Shown here: positions 40,261 through 51,604 of the stretch, piece after piece
Position numbering within the stretch: the first letter of the stretch is position 1
Layout of the letters: every line of letters begins with the position of its first letter
DNA from: an uncultured Chloroflexia bacterium
GTDB lineage: Bacteria > Chloroflexota > Anaerolineae > Anaerolineales > Anaerolineaceae
DNA length: 64,000 nucleotides
NCBI GenBank assembly: GCA_963752535.1
Contig: CAVVYT010000003.1
Location: forward strand, 138,032-202,031
Reading direction: 5' to 3'
Position numbers and translations under genes: made by a program
The notes under the pieces: model-generated
Databases searched by the model: none
What the model was told of the DNA's origin: nothing
Seen by the model: only the letters and a program-made list of their open reading frames with translations

Positions 40261-42142
40261 ATGTCAGCGGATACGATCCAATCGCAACTCAATCGTATTC
40301 TGCCCAAAGTTCAAAAACCAGGCCGTTACACCGGCGGTGAATTAAACCAGGTGGTCAAACCCTGGGAGAGTGTAGACACTCATCTGGCATTGGTCTTCCC
40401 GGAGATCTATGATATCGGCATGCCCAACCTGGGAATGTCGATCATCTATGACCTGGTGAATCAACGCGCCGATGCGCTGGCCGAACGAGCGTACGCCCCC
40501 TGGCTGGACATGGAACAGCAGTTGCGCGAAAACCAAATTCCGCTGTATTCGCTGGAAAGCAAGGTTCCCCTCAAACAATTCGATGTGGTCGGGTTCTCCC
40601 TGCCTTATGAAATGCTATTCACCAACGTGTTGAACATCCTGGATCTGGCGCAAATCCCCCCATTTGGAAAAGATCGCTCCAGCTCTGATCCGCTCATCAT
40701 CGCAGGTGGACACGCCTGTTTCAACCCGGAACCGATGTCCGCATTCATCGACGCGTTTGTCATCGGTGAAGGTGAAGAGGTGATCCAGGAGGTGCTGGAT
40801 ACCTTTGCGGCGTGGAAGAAAAGCGGGCTTGACCGGACCACCCTATTCCATATGCTTGCCCGGATCGATGGCGTGTACGTGCCTGCCCTCTACCAGGTGA
40901 CTTACAAGGATGACGGAACCGTACAAAGAAATCCTGCCGGTTTCATCGGATGTGCCAAAGCGAATCTACAAGAGACTGGTGGCAGAACTCCCTTATCCAA
41001 CCACACGTCTCCTGGTCCCGAATATCGCGGTGATCCATGACCGCGTCGCCATTGAGATCATGCGGGGATGCACCCGGGGTTGCCGGTTTTGCCATGCCGG
41101 GATGATCATGCGGCCTGTCCGTGAACGCAGCGTGGAGACGATCATTTCCGCCATTGAAGAAGGGATCGCCAATACCGGCCACGAAGAGGTCGCGCTCCTC
41201 TCGCTCAGCTCATCTGACTATACGCATATCCACGAATTGGTGAAAGAGATCGCAGAACGATTTGCCAGCCGGCACCTGGTGATCTCCCTCCCTTCCTTGC
41301 GAATCGAATCCTTCTCGGTCGATCTGATGGATCAGATGAAAGGCTCCCGCGTTGGCGGTTTTACCCTGGCTCCAGAAGCCGCCTCCGAGCGGATGCGTCA
41401 GATCATCAACAAACCGGTCAGCAACGAACAATTATTCGAGACAGCCAGGGCGATCTATAGCCGCGGCTGGACCTCCATCAAACTCTATTTCATGATCGGC
41501 CATCCCTCAGAAACCATCGAAGATGTTCGCGCGATCGCGGATCTTTGCTGGGAAGTATTGCGCCTGGGACGATCCATCATCGGGAACAAGGCGAAGGTAC
41601 ATGCCGGGGTAAGCACCTTTGTGCCGAAACCCCACACGCCCTTCCAGTGGGCAGCCTGTGATGATTCGGACCTGGTCACGGAAAAACAGGATCTGCTTCG
41701 CCGGGATCTGCGCAATCCAAATATCAAGATCTCCTGGACAAATCCAAAAGATACCCAGATGGAAGCCTGGCTGACGCGCGGCGACCGCCGCCTTGGCGAT
41801 GTCATTTACACCGCCTGGAAAAATGGGGCGAAATTCGACGGCTGGCAGGAATCGTTCCGATTTGACCTGTGGCTGGATGCGTTCGCGCAGAACGGTCTCG
41901 ATCCGTTATTCTACAGTCACCGGGAACGGGATATGGATGAGGTGCTGCCCTGGAGCCACATCGATTCCGGGGTGCGGCTGAGCTATCTCAAACAGGAAGC
42001 CGCCTGGAGCAAAGAGGGGAAATCCCGGGATGACTGCCGAAACGAATGTTATTCGTGCGGTATCCTCCCGCATTACCGGTCCGCCTGGATGGATACCTGG
42101 CGATGCCCTCCGTTGGCAGTCCCGGATGAGGAGGCAGCATGA
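40261..42142 (+). pseudogene. B12-binding-domain radical SAM protein (TIGR03960-like), 1 frameshift as assembled
   Basis: N-terminal KPGRYTGGELN, then the radical SAM cluster motif MRGCTRGCRFCHAG. Junction at ~40925 (...YKDDGTV|KEILPVSSDVPKRIYKR...). Confidence 0.8.
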
Positions 42143-42770
42143 AGCGCATCCGGATCACCTTCTCCAAAACGGACCTCTTGCGGTTCATCGGACATCTCGA
42201 CCTCCATCACCTGTGGATAAGGACGTTCAGACGGGCAGGATTGCAGCTCGTTTACAGCCAGGGATTTCACCCCCAGCCCAAGCTCCACCTGGCCTCCGCC
42301 TTATCGCTGGGATATACCGGCTCCAATGAGATGATGGAATGCTGGTTCGAAGATGACCTGCCGTTGGAGGAGATCCAGGATCGATTAACCAGGCGAAGCC
42401 ATCCGGGCATTATGATCCATGCGTTGGAAGTGATCGATCCTGCTGCACCGCCGCTTCAGATTCGCTTGAATGGCGCGAAATACCAGATCCAAATCCCCAC
42501 TCAGGCAGCGATAGGGTCTGGATCAAAAACTGAATAGAATTATTCACCAGGGAAGAGATCATCATCGACCGCAAGAATAAACCGGTCAATATCCGACCAT
42601 TCCTGCTTGATTTCGCCCTGCAAGAAGGCCGCGAATCTGGGTCGCATTTGTTGGATCTGCATTTAGCCGCGGGAGAGGGTCACAACGGGCGGGTGGATGA
42701 GGTACTGGATCTGCTTCAAATTGATCCGCTGGATTGTCTCGTGGAACGAACCGGGCTTGAGATTTCGTAA
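42139..42770 (+). pseudogene. Radical-SAM-linked protein (DUF2344/TIGR03936-like), 1 frameshift as assembled
   Basis: RITFSKTDLLRFIGHLDLHHLWIRTFRRAGLQLVYSQGFHPQPK is the family signature. The start overlaps the radical SAM stop (ATGA). The C-terminal part continues in another frame to TAA at 42768..42770. Confidence 0.75.
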
Positions 42771-42778
42771 TGGCTATT

Positions 42779-43660
42779 TCAATGAGGTAAAAGTTCAGCG
42801 GCCGCCTGGTGGTTCTGCCGTACGATCAGTACCTGTGAGAAGATGATGGCTGCCAGGATCAATCCACAACCGGTAAGTTGAAGTAGTGTCAGATTTTCGC
42901 TGAGAAAGATCCATCCGAATAATGCTGAGAAGACCGCTTCCATGCTCATGATAATGGCGGCATCCGCCGGTGGCGCATGCTGCTGGCCATACGCCTGCAG
43001 CGTGAATCCCACCCCGGTGGAGATGGCTGCCAGGTAGAGGATGGCGATCCAATTGGGCAGCAAATTAGGAATGGAATCTGCCTGAAATATCAATCCAAAG
43101 AATAAATTCAACATACCGCAGACGATATACTGCCCGACCACAAACGAGAGAAACGGGGTGTTCTTGACCGCTTTCCCGGTAATGATCACATGCAGCGCCC
43201 ACATGAAGGCGCCCATCAATTCGAGCAGATCGCCCTGATTGAGCTTGAGCGGACCGCCCGTGCTGAGGAAATAGATGCCGACCGCCGTCAGTACCACCGC
43301 CAGCCAGATGAGCGGCGGGGTGCGTTCCTTCCAAAAGAGCGAGAGGAGAATGGGGATGAGCACGACGTAGACGCCGGTAATAAATCCTGCGTTTCCGGCG
43401 GTCGTGGTTTCCAGTCCGGCTTGCTGCAGCCAACTGGCCAGAAACAAGAGCGATCCACCCAGAGCCGTCCATCGGATGGCGGTTTTATCAAGCGGAAGCT
43501 TGAAGCGGACAAATGGCAGCATGATCAGCGCACCCAGAAGCCAGCGGGCGGCATTGAAGATCAGAGCGCCCACTTCCACCGCGGCGGTGCGTTGGGCGAT
43601 AAAGCCCAATCCCCAGACGAGGGCAGCAAACAACAGGGTCAGGTCAGCCTTGAAACGCAT
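42779..43660 (-). CDS. EamA/DMT-family transporter
   Basis: About 10 TM helices and two EamA-type repeats. Start set at MRFKADL (43660) because the longer ORF-track version overlaps tRNA-Arg. Confidence 0.85.
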   Translation of the reverse strand: MRFKADLTLLFAALVWGLGFIAQRTAAVEVGALIFNAARWLLGALIMLPFVRFKLPLDKTAIRWTALGGSLLFLASWLQQAGLETTTAGNAGFITGVYVVLIPILLSLFWKERTPPLIWLAVVLTAVGIYFLSTGGPLKLNQGDLLELMGAFMWALHVIITGKAVKNTPFLSFVVGQYIVCGMLNLFFGLIFQADSIPNLLPNWIAILYLAAISTGVGFTLQAYGQQHAPPADAAIIMSMEAVFSALFGWIFLSENLTLLQLTGCGLILAAIIFSQVLIVRQNHQAAAELLPH

Positions 43661-43749
43661 GAGCACTAGTGTATCAAGTAAAAGAAGAATAGGAAAGAGA
43701 GTTGCGGTGTGGGAAAAGAAAGCCGGATATATGGTAGAATAGCGCTGTT

Positions 43750-43821
43750 GCCCCTGTAGCCTAGTGGATAAGGCGCCACCCTCCGAAGGTGGAAACCGGC
43801 GTTCGAGCCGCCGCAGGGGCG
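43750..43821 (+). tRNA. tRNA-Arg (anticodon CCG)
   Basis: Hand-folded cloverleaf: acceptor GCCCCTG/CAGGGGC, D stem GCCT/AGGC, anticodon stem CCACC/GGTGG with loop CTCCGAA, T stem CGGCG/CGCCG with loop TTCGAGC, discriminator G. Confidence 0.9.
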
Positions 43822-44063
43822 CCTTCCATAACATCTATTTTGTGCTCAAAGTTAAGAACAAAATACCCAGTTCGAAAAAAAAGAAAAGACCTCCGCCATC
43901 GCAGACGAGGATCTTTCACGCAACGAAATCATCACATACATACCCAACCACAAACTCAGTGCTTGGATTATTTCAGTCAAAAAATGACGGACTCAGTTAT
44001 GATGGTTATTATCTGATCCATATATTTTAATCAGATGTATACAAAATTTGAAATCCGTCAATT

Positions 44064-46271
44064 TTATGTCGGGTTTTTCATCATATCCAAAAACATATCA
44101 ACAATATCCGGATCAAAATGAGTACCCTTCAAACTCAAAATGGTCGCCAGTGCTTTTTCATGCGTCCATGCTGAACGGTATGGTCGATCTGAAGTCACTG
44201 CATCCCAGTAATCAATGATAGAGAACAGCCTTGCCGCTTGAGGGATAGACGTGCCTCCCAAACCTCTTGGATACCCTGTCCCATCCCATTTCTCGTGGTG
44301 GCAATAGGGGATATCCAGCGCAGGACGCAGGTATTCGATTGGATAAAGCAGTTCAAATGCAAATTTCGGATGCTGTCGCATGACGACCCATTCTTCATCT
44401 GTGAGTGGGCCTGGTTTAAGGAGAATATTATCCGGCACGCCCATCTTTCCGATATCGTGCAAGAGCGCACCCCTCCGGATATGGATCAGGTCATCCTCCT
44501 TTATCCCGATTCGCCTTGCCAGGTTCAGGGTTAACTCAGTTACACGCTGTGTATGGCCTTCTGTTTCCTTATCTCGCAGATCAAGCGCCTTTGACCAGCC
44601 TTCAATTGTGAAATCATAGGATTGCAGCAAGTCCAAGTTTGCACGTTGGAGCCCGGCAAACATATGGCTGCTATCAATCGCGACGGCAGTATGTCCGGCC
44701 AGGATCTTTAGGAAATCTAACGCATTGGAATCCAAGTTCAATGGCGAGCGGTGAAATATTTCCATGATTCCCAACAAGGATCCTTTGGTATACAGGGGGA
44801 TTGCGTAATATTCTACAAACCGTTCCACATCGATAAGGCTGGTGCGGATTATTTGCTCCCGCACATCCTCAAGATTTTTAACGTGCCGGATCTCGTTGTT
44901 CAGTGCAGCATCCCCGGCGATCCCTAACCCCAACCGAAATTCAGCTTGTTCAACCAGGCCGATATTCTTGAAACCAACACTGTTGGCATAATTGAGGATA
45001 TGGGTTACCGGATTCATAAACATAACATCTATTGCATCAATTTTTAGGTGTGACCGGATTTGATCAAAGACCACCCGTAAAGTCAACATCACATCTGTGC
45101 TGCCCATGATCGCCAGATCGATCTCCCGCAATGCCTGCAGCCTGCCCAATTGTGCCTGGATCGCTTCTTCCGCCATATGCCGTTCAGTGATATCTTCAGA
45201 TAAGATGAAGACCCCTTCCGCTACCGGCTGGATGAAAAGCTCAAACCAGCCCTTCGAATGATCCGGGAATTCGAATTCAATCAGGGTGCGGTGGCGGGTT
45301 CGTGCCACCATGGAATCCTGGATTTTCTTAAATACCTCCGATTCTTCAATGCCGGGATAGGATTCCATCATGGTCTTTCCGATTAGATCCTCCCTCGTTT
45401 TCTTTGAATGTTGAACCGCAGCATCATTCATATAAAGGTACCGAAATTCCGGATCAATGATCTGGCACCCCTCGATCATCGTATCAAGCACGTTCTGGAG
45501 ACGCGAGCCGGATTCCTTCAAATCAATATTCGCCTGGGTAAGTTCCACTGTCCGCTTTTCAATTCGACCTTCCAATTCCTCATTAAGTCTTTGAATTACA
45601 GCATCCGCCTGCCTCCGCTGACGCACTTCTCGATAACCAGCCCAGAACGAGAAAGACAAAAGTGAGAAGCCGATTAATACACCAGCAGCGATCGTTATCA
45701 CTGAATATTGAAGGTTATTACCTGCTGACTTTCTCCGCGTTTCAAGAAGGTTGCTTTCTTCTTGTCTCATTTCCGCCAATACACCCCGTATCTCATCCAT
45801 GGTAGAATTTCCGGAAGCGATCAGGCCGATGTTTTCAGCAGCAATCAGTCCAAATTTCTTCAGACGAATCGTCTCTGACAAATAATCCAGCTCCTTTAGG
45901 ATCAGATCCTCCAGAGAACTCATTTTTTCAATTTGGTTTGGATTATCCGAAATAAGTGCCTTCAGCTCATCCACTTGAAAATCAATACCATGCTCAAGAT
46001 TGAGGGCCTCATAATATGGCTTCAGGAAAGTTTCATCCCTGGTAAGGAGGAATCCTCGCTCACCGGTTTCCGCATCGATGATGTGCGCTTGTAGTTCATC
46101 AATCTTTGCAATGACGGCCAGACTTTGTGCCACTTTCCTTTGGGTTTCCATCCCGATCTGGACTCGAATTCCGACTGCCACAGAAGCAGCCAAAATGATC
46201 AACACGGCCAGACCAAAACCGCCGACCGAGAATAAATCAGATTTGAGTAGTGATTTCATTCTTGTTACCAA
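44064..46271 (-). CDS. Membrane sensor with CHASE3-like periplasmic domain, PAS, GAF and HD-GYP output domain
   Basis: Two TM helices flank a CHASE3-like region (ETGERGFLLTRDETFLKPYYEA). Central PAS-like and GAF-like regions follow. The C-terminal part has HTQRV...HDIGKMGVPDNILLKPGPL...HHEKWDGTGYPRGL (HD-GYP). Confidence 0.85.
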   Translation of the reverse strand: MVTRMKSLLKSDLFSVGGFGLAVLIILAASVAVGIRVQIGMETQRKVAQSLAVIAKIDELQAHIIDAETGERGFLLTRDETFLKPYYEALNLEHGIDFQVDELKALISDNPNQIEKMSSLEDLILKELDYLSETIRLKKFGLIAAENIGLIASGNSTMDEIRGVLAEMRQEESNLLETRRKSAGNNLQYSVITIAAGVLIGFSLLSFSFWAGYREVRQRRQADAVIQRLNEELEGRIEKRTVELTQANIDLKESGSRLQNVLDTMIEGCQIIDPEFRYLYMNDAAVQHSKKTREDLIGKTMMESYPGIEESEVFKKIQDSMVARTRHRTLIEFEFPDHSKGWFELFIQPVAEGVFILSEDITERHMAEEAIQAQLGRLQALREIDLAIMGSTDVMLTLRVVFDQIRSHLKIDAIDVMFMNPVTHILNYANSVGFKNIGLVEQAEFRLGLGIAGDAALNNEIRHVKNLEDVREQIIRTSLIDVERFVEYYAIPLYTKGSLLGIMEIFHRSPLNLDSNALDFLKILAGHTAVAIDSSHMFAGLQRANLDLLQSYDFTIEGWSKALDLRDKETEGHTQRVTELTLNLARRIGIKEDDLIHIRRGALLHDIGKMGVPDNILLKPGPLTDEEWVVMRQHPKFAFELLYPIEYLRPALDIPYCHHEKWDGTGYPRGLGGTSIPQAARLFSIIDYWDAVTSDRPYRSAWTHEKALATILSLKGTHFDPDIVDMFLDMMKNPT

Positions 46272-46377
46272 CCCCTATTGTTAGCTATCATAAATAAATA
46301 ATTGACCTCTATTTTACTAATGGCAGTAGTTTGAAAACACCAACTGTCTAATATTGACCATATTATTTATGGAATTT

Positions 46378-46569
46378 TTATCCCCATTTTTCGCCAAGGC
46401 GCTCGTCCATCCAGAGCGTCTGAAGGCGGTTGAGTACTACAGTAATGACCACAATATGTTTCTGCGCAGATCCCTGGAACCGTTCAACTATCAAGGCTGC
46501 TTTTTCTTCACCGGCAATCAGGTCTTCTATTGCTGAAATTGAATACCCCACATAATCGTTCTCCTCCAT
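46378..46569 (-). CDS. Small ORF, possibly a Phd/YefM-like antitoxin remnant
   Basis: 63 aa from ATG 46569. ISAIEDLIAGEEKAALIVERF...HIVVITVVLNRLQTL loosely resembles the Phd/YefM pattern. No partner toxin ORF lies downstream. Weak call. Confidence 0.3.
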   Translation of the reverse strand: MEENDYVGYSISAIEDLIAGEEKAALIVERFQGSAQKHIVVITVVLNRLQTLWMDERLGEKWG

Positions 46570-46614
46570 TCCCAAGGAACTGGAAGCAATATTATCTGAG
46601 CATATCAGGCTTCA

Positions 46615-46636
46615 TCAATCAATTGCAATTGATTGA
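46615..46636. promoter_or_regulatory. 22-bp perfect palindrome, candidate operator
   Basis: TCAATCAATTGCAATTGATTGA equals its own reverse complement. It lies ~45 nt upstream of the small minus-strand ORF, in a ~320-bp AT-rich spacer. It overlaps a possible minus-strand -35 (TTGATG), with GATAAT 16 nt downstream. Confidence 0.45.
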
Positions 46637-46896
46637 CTACTAATTGTTCCTCTATCTAATTTATATAGTACATCAAATCTTGGAGTATATTTAAAAATAA
46701 TATTCTTGATAATTCAAATATGATGAATTCTCTTTGGCTGAGTTAACATGTCGTGAAGAATGTTTTCATCCTGACTTTACCAACCGATAAAATCCATAAA
46801 GGTTCACTCATGTTGTGTCTAATTCAGGTAATTTGTAACTTGTCTATAATGCTTTGATGAGCAATCCAATAAAAACACATGTAGGATCGATTAGTA

Positions 46897-47694
46897 TCAA
46901 TCCCGTAGTCGGGATAGATACTCGTCTGCGACCTGAAGGAGAACCGGAATATTTGGTACTTCGGCCGTCCTCAATTTGATGATGTCTTTCCCCTGCCCAT
47001 CTGCATAATACGTCATCGCCAAATATCCTTCGCGAACATCGAGCGAGGATATTTTTCCCCATTGAGCCGCTTTCCCTGAAAACTTAATTCCGCTTTCGGG
47101 GTAGATCTGAATTTTTCCGAAGTGGAGGACAGCATTCACTTCCTGGCCGGTTTTCATCCTCCGCTGGATCAACGGATAGACTTCCTTTTCCAGCCTGTCT
47201 CTGAAGGCATCCAGGTTATTCAAATGCTCATCGAATTTGAATGTTTCCTTGTTGTAGGTCTGAATCGAGATCTGCTGCTTTTTGACTGGCAGGAATAAGA
47301 TCCAGGTCCAACGATAATCCAGCAGTATGCCCGTGATCTCTTCCCAGGTGATGGGTCTGGCTTTCCGGTTTTGCCTGATCAACAAGCCATTTTCGTGGAT
47401 CTGTACGATCCTGCGCGGATATACGATCAGACCAACCAGGCTGATCATGATCAGGAGGAAGAATACGATGGGGAACCAGAAGAGTTGGGCAAACACTCGG
47501 GACGCAGCCGCCTGCCCGTGCAACAGGCTGGCGTAATACAATTCGTTTTGAAGCAGAAAGATCACGATCACAAATGCGAGAATGGATAAAAACAACAGCG
47601 CCCACCAGACAAGTGGAACGCGTTGCTTGAACCGGGAAATCTCTTTCCCCAATTCTCTCTGTTTCCCAACCGGATGATTTTGTGTGGTTGTCAT
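46897..47694 (-). CDS. Hypothetical membrane protein (2 TM + cytoplasmic region)
   Basis: 265 aa. Two hydrophobic helices are followed by ~170 aa that may form PH-like modules (guess). Starts 1 nt after the mreB stop. Confidence 0.6.
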   Translation of the reverse strand: MTTTQNHPVGKQRELGKEISRFKQRVPLVWWALLFLSILAFVIVIFLLQNELYYASLLHGQAAASRVFAQLFWFPIVFFLLIMISLVGLIVYPRRIVQIHENGLLIRQNRKARPITWEEITGILLDYRWTWILFLPVKKQQISIQTYNKETFKFDEHLNNLDAFRDRLEKEVYPLIQRRMKTGQEVNAVLHFGKIQIYPESGIKFSGKAAQWGKISSLDVREGYLAMTYYADGQGKDIIKLRTAEVPNIPVLLQVADEYLSRLRD

Positions 47695-47695
47695 T

Positions 47696-48705
47696 CTACA
47701 CAGGCGGGAGATTTCGCTTCAATTGGTCGTACATCGCCAACCCTTTCGATGCTCCCTCAACGGTGCAGGTGATCGGATTGTCTACAAGATAGGCTGGTAT
47801 CCCAAGTGCCTTTGTTAAGTGTTTATCGATTCCCCTCAACATCGCCCCGCCGCCGCAAAGCGCCACCCCCCGATCAATAATGTCTGAGAGCAATTCAGGG
47901 GGTGTCTTTTCCAGTACCCGTTTGACGCTCAAGATGATCTCACGCAAAGGTTCTTCCAGCGCTTCAACAATATCCTCGTTTTTTACCTCCAGCGGACGCG
48001 GCAGTCCGGTCACCTGATCCTGCCCCTGAATTTCCATCGAGGGCTGATTCGGGATCGAGATGGCAGAGCCGATCTTGATCTTCAACTGTTCCGCGGTTGG
48101 CTGGCCGATGATGATCCCATATTTCTTCCGCAGGTAGATGATGATCGATTCGTCCAGGTGTAATCCACCGCCCCGCAAAGTTTCAGCGGAAACGATCCCG
48201 TTCATTGCCAGTACGGCAGTCTGGGTGGTTCCTCCACCCAGAGAGACGATCATATTCCCGGAGGGAGTGTTGATCGGCAGGTCGATGCCAATCGCCGCGG
48301 CGAGTGGCTGCCAGATCAACGCCACTTCCCGTGCGCCGGCTCCAAGGCAGGCTTCGTGAACAGCGCGTAATTCCACGCTGGTGATCCCATACGGTACAGA
48401 GGTCATCACAGAAGGCTTGAACACGCGCATCGGGCCGGAAACCCGCTGCAGGATATCTTTAAGCAGATTTTCGGTGATCTCGAAATCGGCAATGACGCCA
48501 TTTTGCAAAGGTCGAACGACTTCGATCGAATTCGGGGACACGGCCCAGCATATCTTTGGCCACCTTTCCCCACTCCACCATCTTCTGTTCTTCCACCAGG
48601 ATCGCAACAATGGTAGGTTCTTGAATTAAAGATCTGATTCCCCTCGGCAACCAGAATATTCAGAGTACCCAGATCGATCCCGATATCTCTCGATAAGAAT
48701 GCCAT
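47696..48705 (-). pseudogene. mreB: Rod shape-determining protein MreB, at least 2 frameshifts as assembled
   Basis: DIGIDLGTLNILV (frame of 48406..48705), EPTIVAILVEEQKMVEWGKVAKDMLGRVP (frame of 48459..48650), then NSIEVVRPLQNGVIADFEITE...GGGTTQ...LCGGGAMLRGID (47696..48610). Confidence 0.9.
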
Positions 48706-48802
48706 GCGAATTCCCTTTCAGGTTAATTATACCCTGTGATATTAAAGCCATCATGGGGTCCGCATTACTCACACGGATCCCATTGAAACCGTTAATGGAC
48801 GA

Positions 48803-49226
48803 TTATTGTTGAGATTTTTTATATTTCTTGACTGCGTCCAGGCGCAAATTGGATCTGCGAAGTGCCGCTTGCAGGGCTAGATACGTATCGGTATCCTGCG
48901 GAATGGCTTTGGCAAGCAATTCTTCAGCCCGTTGCCGAGCGGCGTCAGCTCTCTGGGTATCGATCTCCATCACATTCTCGGCCGCATCCGCCAGGATGAT
49001 CACCGAGTCCGGCTGAACTTCCACGATTCCGCCAGCCACAGTGAAAACCTGTTCGCCTTCGGGGGTCTTGACCGTGACCACACCCATCTCTGAGGGTGGA
49101 TAGCAGCGGAGAGTGATGCGGCAGGATGCCCATCTCGCCGGCCGTACCGGGAACGACAACCATATCCGCGTCACCGGAGAAAACGCACCTGTCTTGGGAA
49201 GTAATATCCACTTGTATTGGCATCAT
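48803..49226 (-). pseudogene. atpC: F1 ATP synthase epsilon subunit, 1 frameshift as assembled
   Basis: N-terminal ...VVVPGTAGEMGILPHHSPLLSTL (48945..49226) joins ...VVTVKTPEGEQVFTVAGGIVEVQPD...IDTQRADAARQRAEE (48803..49174). Junction at ~49090. Confidence 0.85.
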
Positions 49227-49234
49227 CGCCTGCT

Positions 49235-50647
<1,413 letters not shown>

Positions 50648-50652
50648 CTAAT

Positions 50653-51583
50653 TCATTCCTCCAATAAATCACGGATCATCCCGTTTGCCTGCATGGCTTT
50701 GGACAGGGCTTCCGCGCCGCCGGCGATATCCAGCATATCATTGGTGATGCTCTGCTGGCGGGCTTTGTTGTAGTCAAGTGATAGAATATTCGCCAATTCA
50801 GCGGCATTATCGGTCGCATTCCGCATGGCAACCATTCGGGCAGCATGTTCGCTGGCCGTGGATTCCAGGATCGCCTGATAAACTTGCAATGCGGTAAACC
50901 TGGGAATGATATGGTCCAATATTTCGTTCTGGTCAGGTTCATAGGTAAATACAGCCTGATGTGGTTTTCATGTCCAAGTCATGGATATATGGGCGTGCTG
51001 TTCCATTTCCAGCGGCAATAATTTCTTGATCTCCGGCACCTGCTTCACCATGTTATAGAAATTGGTATAAGCCAGGTAAACTTCGTCGTATTCGGAGTTC
51101 CAGGAACGAATCAACGACCAGCCGGCCAATGGAGCTAGACATCCGCGGAAAGATGGCGCAGCCGGAAGATTGCGAAAATCAGCGATCACCTTTCGTCCCC
51201 GGCGAAGAAGCAAGTCCCGGCCTTTTTTACCAACTGCCAGGTAACTCACAGTCAATGGGGAAATTGCGGAAGGTCAGAAGGGTGTGCCGAAGGATATTGG
51301 TGTTATATGCGCCGGCCAGTCCGCGGTCGCTGCTGACCATGACCACCAGAATCTTTTCCACATGAGGATGTGGATTGAGCAGGGGATGAAGTGAATTGTG
51401 CCCCGGTTGAGCGGCCAGATGGGTGAGGATCTTCCAGGCTTGCTCGGCATACGGGCGGGTCACCGAGACCGCCTGCACAGCTTTGCGGACTTTACTGGCG
51501 CTGACCGCCTGCAACGCCCGGGTAACCTGGGCGATATTCTTAATGCTCCTGATGCGGAGCCTCATTTCTCGGGCAGATGCCAT
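50653..51583 (-). pseudogene. atpG: F1 ATP synthase gamma subunit, at least 2 frameshifts as assembled
   Basis: N-terminal MASAREMRLRIRSIKNIAQVTRALQAVSASKVRKA and C-terminal ASEHAARMVAMRNATDNA...NKARQQSITNDMLDI signatures lie in fragments 51227..51583, 50968..51255 and 50653..50919. Confidence 0.85.
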
Positions 51584-51604
51584 AATCTGAATTATCCCGG
51601 ATTC

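Noticed and set aside
43661-43834. N-terminal 58-aa extension of the EamA transporter ORF
   Set aside because: The extension runs antisense through tRNA-Arg. An internal ATG at 43660, directly before the first TM helix, gives a normal-length transporter.
43822-47694. Integrative mobile element at tRNA-Arg
   Set aside because: I could find no integrase, recombinase, phage or transfer genes, and no direct repeat of the tRNA 3' end. Only a compositional impression remains, reported as a low-interest finding.
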